Shown here: positions 9,204 to 16,861 of the stretch, one piece after another
How positions within the stretch are numbered: position 1 is the first letter of the stretch
How the letters are laid out: every line of letters starts with the position of its first letter
Virus record (IMG/VR): IMGVR_UViG_3300012953_000153
Span: 1 to 29,289 of that record
Direction: 5' to 3' (one strand)
DNA from: a virus
Taxonomy: Duplodnaviria; Caudoviricetes
DNA length: 29,289 bases
Position numbers and translations under genes: made by a program
The notes under the pieces: model-generated
Database searches by the model: none
The model's input: the letters and a program-made list of their open reading frames with translations, nothing else
Told to the model about the DNA's origin: nothing

Positions 9204-10592
9204 ATGGCTGATTTAAAGCAATTACAAGAAAAGTGGGCACCCGTACTTGATCACGAAAGTCTTCCAAAGATTGAAGACTCTCACAAGCGTGGCGTAGTCG
9301 CACAACTTCTTGAAAACCAAGAATTTGCTGCTCAAGAAGAGCAACAAATGCTAACAGAGGCACCTACACATTCTGCTGGAACAGGCGGATTTGGTAGTGG
9401 TGCAACAGCAACTGGTCCTAACGCAGGTTTTGACCCAGTTCTAATCTCATTGATTCGCAGATCAATGCCTAAGCTTATTGCTTATGACATTGCTGGTGTT
9501 CAACCAATGACAGGTCCTACTGGACTAATCTTCGCGATGCGTACTAACTATGGTACACAGCGTGATCCTCAGAATGCTGCATACAGAGAGGCATTCTTCA
9601 ACGAACCTAACCCAGGTCAATCAGGTGGTAGCGGTACTTCCTATGATCCAGGTGCTTCAGGTTCTGCAAACAACGATGCAGAAGGTAACAACCCTGCTGT
9701 ATTAAACGACTCATCTCCAGGTACATACGAACAGACTGCTGACGCAACTGGTATGGCAACAGCAACTGCTGAAGCTCTTGGAGAATCAGGAACTGAGTTC
9801 CGCGAAATGGGTTTCGCAATTGAGAAGGTAACTGTTACTGCTAAGTCTAGAGCACTAAAGGCAGAGTACAGTTTAGAACTTGCTCAAGACCTTAAGGCAA
9901 TTCATGGTTTGGATGCCGAACAGGAATTAAGCAACATCCTCTCAACTGAGATACTTGCTGAAATCAACAGAGAAGTTGTTAGAACAATTTACACAAACGC
10001 TGTAAAAGGTGCTATCAATGATACTGCTGCTGACGGAATCTTTGACCTAGACGTTGACTCAAATGGTAGATGGTCTGTTGAAAAATTCAAGGGACTTCTT
10101 TTCCAGATTGAAAGAGATGCAAACGCTATCGGGCAAGAGACTCGTCGCGGGAAGGGCAACATCCTGATTTGTTCAGCTGATGTCGCTTCTGCTCTTGGAA
10201 TGGCTGGTGTACTAGATTACGCACCTGCTCTTAATGGTAACAATGCTTTAACATCTGTTGATGATACTTCATCTACTCTTGTTGGAACATTAAACGGACG
10301 TATCAAAGTTTACGTTGACCCTTATTCTGCTAACGTTGCTGACAAGCACTTCTACGTTGCTGGATACAAAGGTACTTCTGCTTATGATGCAGGTCTGTTC
10401 TATTGCCCTTATGTACCTCTACAGCAGGTCAGAGCAATCAACCCAGATACCTTCCAACCAAAAATTGGATTCAAGACTCGTTACGGAATGGTTTCTAACC
10501 CATTCGCACAGGGTCTTACACAAGGTAGTGGAGCACTTACTGCTAATACTAACAAGTATTACAGAAGAGTTCAGGTTACTAACTTGATGTAA
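9204..10592 (+). CDS. g23: major capsid protein (gp23)
   Basis: LQEKWAPVL, GVQPMTGPTGLIFAMR, KSRALKAEYSLELAQDLKAIHGLDAE, FQPKIGFKTRYG. Confidence 0.98.
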   Translation: MADLKQLQEKWAPVLDHESLPKIEDSHKRGVVAQLLENQEFAAQEEQQMLTEAPTHSAGTGGFGSGATATGPNAGFDPVLISLIRRSMPKLIAYDIAGVQPMTGPTGLIFAMRTNYGTQRDPQNAAYREAFFNEPNPGQSGGSGTSYDPGASGSANNDAEGNNPAVLNDSSPGTYEQTADATGMATATAEALGESGTEFREMGFAIEKVTVTAKSRALKAEYSLELAQDLKAIHGLDAEQELSNILSTEILAEINREVVRTIYTNAVKGAINDTAADGIFDLDVDSNGRWSVEKFKGLLFQIERDANAIGQETRRGKGNILICSADVASALGMAGVLDYAPALNGNNALTSVDDTSSTLVGTLNGRIKVYVDPYSANVADKHFYVAGYKGTSAYDAGLFYCPYVPLQQVRAINPDTFQPKIGFKTRYGMVSNPFAQGLTQGSGALTANTNKYYRRVQVTNLM

Positions 10593-10611
10593 TCCAACGG
10601 ATACAACTTTT

Positions 10612-10640
10612 AAACAGGGTGCTTGACACCCTGTTTTTTT
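10612..10640 (+). terminator. rho-independent terminator after g23
   Basis: Stem AAACAGGGTG / CACCCTGTTT (10 bp), loop CTTGA, T7 tract at 10634-10640. Confidence 0.9.
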
Positions 10641-10650
10641 ATGCTATAAT
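10623..10650 (+). promoter_or_regulatory. sigma70-type promoter TTGACA-N16-TATAAT with extended -10
   Basis: TTGACA 10623-10628, TGc-TATAAT with -10 at 10645-10650; overlaps the terminator. Confidence 0.85.
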
Positions 10651-10656
10651 ATAGGG

Positions 10657-10841
10657 GTAACGACGGTTACGTCGGGAGTGACTGAATAAACTTACTGGCA
10701 TATAGCTGGTTAAGGTGATGAGACACAGGTGGTGCTGCTACGAAAGTAGAACCGATCAACCAATCGGGTCTCAGGCAGAGGAGTTTTTCTAAACTGTAGA
10801 AATGCCCTCCTCTTGTTGGTACACAGGAATCCAACCTCCCC
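10657..10841 (+). ncRNA. large structured RNA, probably manA RNA motif-like
   Basis: Nested helices read by eye: GGGAG 10674-78/CTCCC 10836-40, CTTACTGGC/GCTGGTTAAG, TGAGAC/GTCTCA enclosing CTAC-GAAA-GTAG and CCGAT/ATCGG, AGAGGAG/CTCCTCT enclosing TTTCTA/TAGAAA, GTTGG/CCAAC. Directly downstream of a promoter. The manA name is from recall and needs an Rfam check. Confidence 0.75.
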
Positions 10842-10864
10842 CTTTACAATTTAATCAGGAGATT

Positions 10865-11365
10865 ATGAATATCTTTGTTACTGATCCTGATCCGATTGCA
10901 TCTGCACAAGTTTTACCAGACAAGCATATTGTTAAGATGCCTCTGGAGACTTGTCAGATGCTTTCTATTGTTGGATCTTCTAAATGGGGTCACGGTTTTG
11001 GTTCTCTTCCGAAAAAAGATGGCACACCATATGCAACTGAGAAAGGTGCATTTCGTAATCATCCTTGTACTGTCTGGGCACAGACTAATTTCCTTTGGTT
11101 GATTGACCACGGACTTGCTTTATGTGCAGAGTACAGACACAGATATAATAAGGTACATAGTTGTGAGACCGCTATGAGACACGCAAACAAAATCTTTCCT
11201 CAGAACAATGATTTCCCTAAAAGTTTCACGAGAGCAATGCCAGACATCTATAAATATGACACAAGCATTGACACTTTTACTGCTTACAAGAATTACATTA
11301 GCAGCAAACCTTGGGTTGCATCTAATTATCTTCGTGACCCATCCCGCAAACCAAATTGGTTATGA
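10865..11365 (+). CDS. pyrimidine-dimer DNA glycosylase (DenV)-like phage protein
   Basis: MNIFV..DKHIVKMPLETCQMLS, NHPCTVWA, LCAEYRHRYNKVH, AMPD, AYKNY; AGGAG SD before ATG 10865. Confidence 0.75.
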   Translation: MNIFVTDPDPIASAQVLPDKHIVKMPLETCQMLSIVGSSKWGHGFGSLPKKDGTPYATEKGAFRNHPCTVWAQTNFLWLIDHGLALCAEYRHRYNKVHSCETAMRHANKIFPQNNDFPKSFTRAMPDIYKYDTSIDTFTAYKNYISSKPWVASNYLRDPSRKPNWL

Positions 11366-12894
11366 ATTTTCTAGGACTAAGACTTGACGATCATGATGCC
11401 AACATCACATACACAAACGGTACTGAAGTAAAGTACTATAATACAGAAAGAGATTATCAATCAAAACATTTTGCATATAAAAATCTAACATCTTGGGTAG
11501 ATGTTTTAAAACGTTGGGATTTAGATCCGCATGAAGTAAATGCTATTGGTATAGTATTTGATAATGATAAGTACCCTAAATTAAAGTGTGATCACACCCA
11601 AACATATGAGAAGATAGAGATCCCACTCTTTAGAGATATGGGATTTTATTGTCCTATCTATAGAATAGATCATCACTATGCTCATGCTAAAAGTCTGTGG
11701 CCAATGAACGTAGATACTACGATTGACTTTGTGTATGATGGTTTTGGTGATGATAGAATTACACGCACTATATTTAAAGATGACAAAAGAATACAGATGG
11801 GTACTATGGATGACTCACCTAGTTTTGGTTCTGTATTAGGAGATATTGGTGGTCATATTTTAAAACTAAGTGGGTGGGATTCTGACATGGCAGGTAAAGT
11901 CATGGCATTAAAAGCACATGGTAGACTATCAAAAGAGTCTATTGAGAAAACTAAGTTGGAGTTAAAGACGTATGAACAGTGTAACATTGATGGGATACGC
12001 GACCTATGGAATCTTCCTTATCTTGAGCGTCTCGTATATAATTCTATTTCTAAGGAGGGGGAAGACCTCAAGATAGTAGATCATATTCAATTTTGTCATG
12101 AGGTAACTGAAGATATATTCATGAAGTACTTCTTAGAGAATAGTACAAAGGAAGATGTCATTGGATACTCAGGTGGTGTTGCACTGAATACTATTATCAA
12201 TTCCAAATTAAGAAAGGCACGGAATATACATATACCTCCTCATACTAATGATGGTGGTTTGAGTCTTGGAATAGTAGAAGTATTGAGAGAGATTTATAAT
12301 GAAGAACCATTTGAAACAGATGGGTTTCCATACTGGCAAGATGATGAAGCACCTGTTGACAGACCTTCACAAAGAACAATTGAAGAAACTTGTGAGTTAC
12401 TTGCTGATGGTAATATAGTTGGATGGTATCAAGGTCATGGTGAATGCGGACCTAGAGCATTAGGTAATAGAAGTATTCTAATGAGACCTGATCTTAGAGA
12501 CGGAAAGAAATTTATTAATGATAGAGTCAAAAATCGTGAGTGGTTTAGACCATTTGGTGCATCTATATTAGAAGAGAATGTTAGTGACTACTTTGAATTT
12601 GAAGGTAAGTCTGAGTTTATGTTATATAATATGCCAACTAAAGATCCTAATACCTTTGCACCTATTGCCCATGTTGATGGTACATGTAGAGCACAAACAG
12701 TAGGACAAGACAAAGAAGACTTTTATAATTTACTCAGTACTTTTAAAGGTGTAACTGGTTTACCTATGGTACTTAATACATCACTTAATCAAGGTGGTGC
12801 ACCAGTCGCAGGTCGTATTAATGATGCACTTGGTATTCTACATAATACTGATCTAGATGTACTTGTAGTCGGGGATGCCATCTATTCTAAATAG
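11362..12894 (+). CDS. carbamoyltransferase, NodU/CmcH (TobZ) family
   Basis: HDA, DHHYAHA, DGFGD, AGKVMAL, SGGVALN, NDGGLSLG, GPRALGNRS, KNREWFRPF, HVDGTCRAQ, LNTSLN; ATGA overlap with the upstream gene. Confidence 0.92.
   Translation: MNFLGLRLDDHDANITYTNGTEVKYYNTERDYQSKHFAYKNLTSWVDVLKRWDLDPHEVNAIGIVFDNDKYPKLKCDHTQTYEKIEIPLFRDMGFYCPIYRIDHHYAHAKSLWPMNVDTTIDFVYDGFGDDRITRTIFKDDKRIQMGTMDDSPSFGSVLGDIGGHILKLSGWDSDMAGKVMALKAHGRLSKESIEKTKLELKTYEQCNIDGIRDLWNLPYLERLVYNSISKEGEDLKIVDHIQFCHEVTEDIFMKYFLENSTKEDVIGYSGGVALNTIINSKLRKARNIHIPPHTNDGGLSLGIVEVLREIYNEEPFETDGFPYWQDDEAPVDRPSQRTIEETCELLADGNIVGWYQGHGECGPRALGNRSILMRPDLRDGKKFINDRVKNREWFRPFGASILEENVSDYFEFEGKSEFMLYNMPTKDPNTFAPIAHVDGTCRAQTVGQDKEDFYNLLSTFKGVTGLPMVLNTSLNQGGAPVAGRINDALGILHNTDLDVLVVGDAIYSK
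12887..12893 (+). promoter_or_regulatory. late promoter (CTAAATA) for g3
   Basis: TAAATA at the end of the carbamoyltransferase gene, 22 nt before the g3 ATG. Confidence 0.6.
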
Positions 12895-12915
12895 TTAAGA
12901 TTAGACTGGAAAGAT

Positions 12916-13479
12916 ATGGCTGCCACCTGGTACGAAGAGGAACTAAAAAATAAAAACTTTCTTGCTCCGATTGGATTCAAATTCATTCTGGAGAAAGCAC
13001 CAAAGGTTGCATTCCTTGTACAGCAAGCAAGTATCCCTGCACTGGATATAGGTTCTGTTGATATACCAACAGCAGGTTTGGTTCAGTATCCTATTGATGG
13101 TAATGTTAAATATGGTGATCTAACCCTGTCATTTTTGGTTGATGAGAACCTAGAAAACTATCTTCAGATCCACAATTGGATGAGAGCAATGGGTACTCCA
13201 CAAGATTTAGGAGAGAGAAAAGTATGGATAGATACGAAACGAAGAGGAGATGCACCCAACTATAAAAGTTTAGTCTCGGATGGAACCTTACAAGTGCTAA
13301 ATAACCAAATGAACGTAGCATTTGAGTGTGTATTTGAAGATAGTTTTCCAACATCTTTATCTACATTACCCTTTGATGTAACCCAAACGGACACACAATT
13401 TTTTGTGGCAGAAGCAACATTCAGATATACTCTGTATGAAATCAGAGCGTTAAACCGTGGTAATAGACGTACAAGTTAG
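12916..13479 (+). CDS. g3: tail completion / tube terminator protein (gp3)
   Basis: NKNFLAPIGFKF, YGDLTLSFLVDENLENYLQIHNW, SDGTLQVLN, FPTSLSTLPFD. Confidence 0.9.
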   Translation: MAATWYEEELKNKNFLAPIGFKFILEKAPKVAFLVQQASIPALDIGSVDIPTAGLVQYPIDGNVKYGDLTLSFLVDENLENYLQIHNWMRAMGTPQDLGERKVWIDTKRRGDAPNYKSLVSDGTLQVLNNQMNVAFECVFEDSFPTSLSTLPFDVTQTDTQFFVAEATFRYTLYEIRALNRGNRRTS

Positions 13480-13861
13480 TTTTGGTAAGGGCACTGACCC
13501 TTGGTATGCTAAGGCAGAAAGATGGGCTAGGAAAAAACCTTTTCCTTGGAACCATTTATTACTTGGTGCGATCAAATGGTTGACACAGGTCTGGATTGAT
13601 GCTAAAATATATAACACCATGAAGTCCGTAGATAGACAAGCTGCCGACATCGTTAAAACATGGGAGGAACAAGATGACAGAGGACACACCGATAGACACA
13701 TCTTGGAGACAGGAGTATTTGGAGATGAAGGCTGGTCTATCCAAATTTCAAATCCAATTGTTGACAGAGGGACCGAAACAACTAGCACAGGCATGGTTAC
13801 TTGGGGCAATGCACCAAGACTACAACAAGATGAAGGGGATAAAGGAACCTCCAACAGGTAA
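13457..13861 (+). CDS. hypothetical protein (overlaps the next ORF)
   Basis: 134 aa, Trp-rich amphipathic N-half; fills the otherwise empty gap after g3; GTG start uncertain. Confidence 0.6.
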   Translation: MVIDVQVSFGKGTDPWYAKAERWARKKPFPWNHLLLGAIKWLTQVWIDAKIYNTMKSVDRQAADIVKTWEEQDDRGHTDRHILETGVFGDEGWSIQISNPIVDRGTETTSTGMVTWGNAPRLQQDEGDKGTSNR

Positions 13862-13919
13862 GGCGGTTCAATCATCCTTGAAAGAATTCTACGCTAGAAA
13901 TAAAGATCAAGGATTATGA
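13674..13919 (+). CDS. hypothetical cyanophage protein
   Basis: GGAGG SD at 13663-13667; ATGA overlap with uvsY. Confidence 0.75.
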   Translation: MTEDTPIDTSWRQEYLEMKAGLSKFQIQLLTEGPKQLAQAWLLGAMHQDYNKMKGIKEPPTGKAVQSSLKEFYARNKDQGL

Positions 13920-14344
13920 ATTTAGATATTATACAAGAGCAGTGGTCTAAAGATTCAATCATAGACTCTGACTTGTATGGTGAGGAGTCTGTTAAAATTG
14001 CTAGACTCCATGCAAAGTATTTTGAATACATGAATACTTTCAATGCAATGAAGATTGAATCAGAAGCGAAACTTAAATCTTTGTTGAAAGAGAAATGGAA
14101 ATACTATAAGGGAAAGGCACCTGCGACAGTGTATCGTGAGGTGCCTTTTGATTTAAAATTAACTAGTCGTGAAGAGGTAGAAACCTTTATTAATGGGGAT
14201 TCTGACGTAATAAAACTACGTTCTAAACTGTCATATATAGAGATGTGTACCAACTATTTGGATTCAATTATCCGAACGATTAACAACCGTGGGTTTCACA
14301 TTAAAAATGCTATTGATTGGGAGAAATTCCAAGCAGGAATGTAA
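13916..14344 (+). CDS. uvsY: recombination mediator UvsY
   Basis: WSKDSIID, LHAKY, YYKGKA, RGFHIKNAIDWEKFQAG. Confidence 0.92.
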   Translation: MNLDIIQEQWSKDSIIDSDLYGEESVKIARLHAKYFEYMNTFNAMKIESEAKLKSLLKEKWKYYKGKAPATVYREVPFDLKLTSREEVETFINGDSDVIKLRSKLSYIEMCTNYLDSIIRTINNRGFHIKNAIDWEKFQAGM

Positions 14345-14346
14345 TT

Positions 14347-15804
14347 ATGGATCTGACAATCTCTAAGAAGAATGAGGTTAACCTCAAGGTTATTGCCGAG
14401 CCTCATGTTCATCAAGAGTTGTCTGATTACTTCACATTTGAAGTACCAGGATTTAAGTATCTACAAAGGCAAAGGAGATATCGGAAGTGGGATGGTAAGA
14501 TAAGATTATATTCTCCTGGCACTGGAGAGTTATATGTAGGTCTATCAAATTACTTGATAGATTGGTGTCAGGAAAATTGTTATGATTATACGTTTGAACC
14601 TAGCGAAAGGTTTGGTCTTCCCTTGGAAGAGAATCCACTGATAACCCCTGAGGCTGTGGGTCAGTTCGTAAATTCTTTATCTCTTCCTGTAAAGATGAGG
14701 GACTACCAATACCGAGGAGTATACGAGTGCCTACGATACAACAGACGGCTCCTATTGTCGCCAACTGCCAGTGGGAAATCCTTGATGATCTATTCATTGG
14801 TTAGGTTTCATGTAAATGTAGAGAGAAAGATATTAATAGTAGTTCCTACGACGACGTTGGTGGAGCAAATGCATAAAGATTTTGAGTCTTATGGTTGGAA
14901 AGCGTCCTACTATTGCCACAAAATATATGCGGGGCAAGAGAAAACATCTGAAAAGGATGTAATAATTACCACTTGGCAGTCTGTCTATAAGCAACCTGTT
15001 AATTGGTTTAAGAGGTTTGACGTAGTGATCGGTGACGAGGCTCACCTTTTCAAAGCAAAATCTCTCACGCAATTGATGTCTAAGTTGCATCTCTGTAAAT
15101 ATAGGATTGGATTCACAGGAACGTTAGATGGATCTGAAACAAATCAACTAGTACTAGAGGGTTTGTTTGGTAGATGTTCACAGGTAACCAAGACAAAAGA
15201 TCTTATGGAGAGACAGCAAGTTGCTGATCTAAAAGTTAAAGTCCTAGTATTAAAGCATGAATTCCAAGCATTTGAATCTTACCAAGATGAAATGGAATAC
15301 ATTGTTTCTCATGAACAACGGAATAATTTCATTATGAGATTAGCAAAAGATCTAACTGGAAATACACTCGTTCTCTTTAACTATGTAGAACGTCATGGTA
15401 TCCCTCTTTATGATCTGCTAAATAGTAATGTAGCACACCCAGTACATTTAGTACATGGTGGTGTTGATATTGATGACCGTGAAGAGATCAGGTCTCTGAC
15501 AGAAGAATCAGATAATAGTATTATCGTTGCTTCCTATGGTACTTTCTCTACAGGTATTAATATTAAAAACCTTCATAATGTAATCTTTGCTAGTCCTAGT
15601 AAGTCTAGGGTGAGAAACCTACAGTCTATTGGTAGAGTACTTAGGAAAGGAGATAACAAATCACAAGCAACGTTGTATGACATTGCCGATGATATCTCTA
15701 GAAACAGTTTCCGTAACTATACCTTGAATCATCTTATTGAGAGAGTAAAAGTCTACAACGAAGAACAATTTGATTATGAAATTATAGACGTAAAACTAAG
15801 GTAA
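14347..15804 (+). CDS. uvsW: SF2 helicase UvsW
   Basis: SPTASGKS, DEAH, FTGT, QSIGRVLR; start placed at ATG 14347. Confidence 0.95.
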   Translation: MDLTISKKNEVNLKVIAEPHVHQELSDYFTFEVPGFKYLQRQRRYRKWDGKIRLYSPGTGELYVGLSNYLIDWCQENCYDYTFEPSERFGLPLEENPLITPEAVGQFVNSLSLPVKMRDYQYRGVYECLRYNRRLLLSPTASGKSLMIYSLVRFHVNVERKILIVVPTTTLVEQMHKDFESYGWKASYYCHKIYAGQEKTSEKDVIITTWQSVYKQPVNWFKRFDVVIGDEAHLFKAKSLTQLMSKLHLCKYRIGFTGTLDGSETNQLVLEGLFGRCSQVTKTKDLMERQQVADLKVKVLVLKHEFQAFESYQDEMEYIVSHEQRNNFIMRLAKDLTGNTLVLFNYVERHGIPLYDLLNSNVAHPVHLVHGGVDIDDREEIRSLTEESDNSIIVASYGTFSTGINIKNLHNVIFASPSKSRVRNLQSIGRVLRKGDNKSQATLYDIADDISRNSFRNYTLNHLIERVKVYNEEQFDYEIIDVKLR

Positions 15805-16257
15805 ATGACTTTAAACTACGTTAAACACGACGAAGAATTCCACTGTACTATTAAGTTAGTTAATGGTGAGGAACTTATTGGGAAAGTAATTGTATCACGA
15901 GACAAGTCAACATTCCCCGCCACCGATTTATTATACGTCCAAGACCCTTTGGTTGTACAATCTTTTACAAAGGAAATGGATGAGACCAGAGCAGTAAAAG
16001 GTATTGGTTTTACTCAATGGCAAAATTTTTCTGATGAAGATTTTTATATTGTAAGTGAAAAGGATGTTATTTCAATTGCATCTCTTTCAAGAGAAATGAT
16101 ATTTGTTTACGAATCATTCTTGCACTCGCAGCGCGGGGATGGAGAGAAGGCAAAATTAAAAAAGGATCACCGAGTAGATGTCACCGCCAAAGAAGGGATG
16201 GTAGGTAAGATATCTGAAGCACGTAAGAAGTTTGAAGATCTATTTAAAAATAGCTAG
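15805..16257 (+). CDS. conserved cyanophage protein, Sm-like fold candidate
   Basis: IKLVNGEELIGKV N-terminal motif; position between uvsW and g55. Confidence 0.65.
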   Translation: MTLNYVKHDEEFHCTIKLVNGEELIGKVIVSRDKSTFPATDLLYVQDPLVVQSFTKEMDETRAVKGIGFTQWQNFSDEDFYIVSEKDVISIASLSREMIFVYESFLHSQRGDGEKAKLKKDHRVDVTAKEGMVGKISEARKKFEDLFKNS

Positions 16258-16284
16258 AGGTAACCCTTCACAACTGACATTGTT

Positions 16285-16313
16285 ATTCTACAGACATTTA
16301 TTACTCTTGTCAA
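16285..16313 (-). promoter_or_regulatory. divergent sigma70-like promoter (TTGACA-N17-TAGAAT)
   Basis: Minus strand TTGACA 16313-16308, TAGAAT 16290-16285. Confidence 0.55.
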
Positions 16314-16320
16314 CCCCCTA

Positions 16321-16349
16321 TTGACAATTAGTTTGAAGTTCAGTATAAT
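16321..16349 (+). promoter_or_regulatory. consensus sigma70 promoter for g55 (TTGACA-N17-TATAAT)
   Basis: TTGACA 16321-26, TATAAT 16344-49. Confidence 0.88.
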
Positions 16350-16372
16350 AGCATTATATAATAACAGGCTCA

Positions 16373-16861
16373 ATGTATACTAAACCTAAGATGCCAGCTA
16401 GGAAAAAGGAGCACTATCTAGATAACAAAAAGTTCTTAGCGGAGCTGGAAAAGTATCGTGCCAAAATTGCAAGAAATGAAAGAGAAGGTAAACCTAAACC
16501 TCGTGTCAATAATTATATTGGTGGTTGCTTTTTAAAAATTGCTACTCATTTATCATACAGACCAAACTTTATCAACTACATGTATAAGGATGATATGATA
16601 TGTGATGGTGTAGAGAATTGTATACAGTACATAGACAACTTTGATCCTGCTAAATCTAAAAATCCATTTGCTTATTTCACACAGATAGTTTACTTTGCTT
16701 TCCTTAGACGTATTGCTAAAGAAAAAAGACAAATGGAAATAAGAGATAAGATAATAGAGAAGTCAGGTTATCAAGAAGTATTCAGTGTAGATGGAGATGG
16801 TAGTACAGCAGAGATGAATCAGATCAAACAACGCATAGAAACTACCCAAAGAAATAAGTGA
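16373..16861 (+). CDS. g55: late transcription sigma factor (gp55)
   Basis: HYLDNKKF, LSYRPNFINY, NFDPAKSKNPFAYFTQI..AFLRRIAKEK; start may be 16391. Confidence 0.95.
   Translation: MYTKPKMPARKKEHYLDNKKFLAELEKYRAKIARNEREGKPKPRVNNYIGGCFLKIATHLSYRPNFINYMYKDDMICDGVENCIQYIDNFDPAKSKNPFAYFTQIVYFAFLRRIAKEKRQMEIRDKIIEKSGYQEVFSVDGDGSTAEMNQIKQRIETTQRNK

Noticed and set aside
614-10592. Introns, inteins or homing endonucleases in g17, g20, g23
   Set aside because: ORFs are continuous and of normal length, with no splicing motifs.
10657-10841. tRNA, tmRNA or group I intron interpretation of the structured RNA
   Set aside because: No T-loop GTTCRA/CCA cloverleaf, no tag ORF, no interrupted gene or recognisable P7 core.
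10802-10864. N-terminal extension of the DenV-like ORF (start 10802)
   Set aside because: Lies inside the structured RNA; the SD and the family-typical MNIF start are at 10865.
11249-11256. TATAAATA inside the DenV-like gene as a late promoter for the carbamoyltransferase (also TAAATA at 13298 and 15419)
   Set aside because: Short AT-only motif expected by chance in coding DNA of this composition; unsupported without TSS data.
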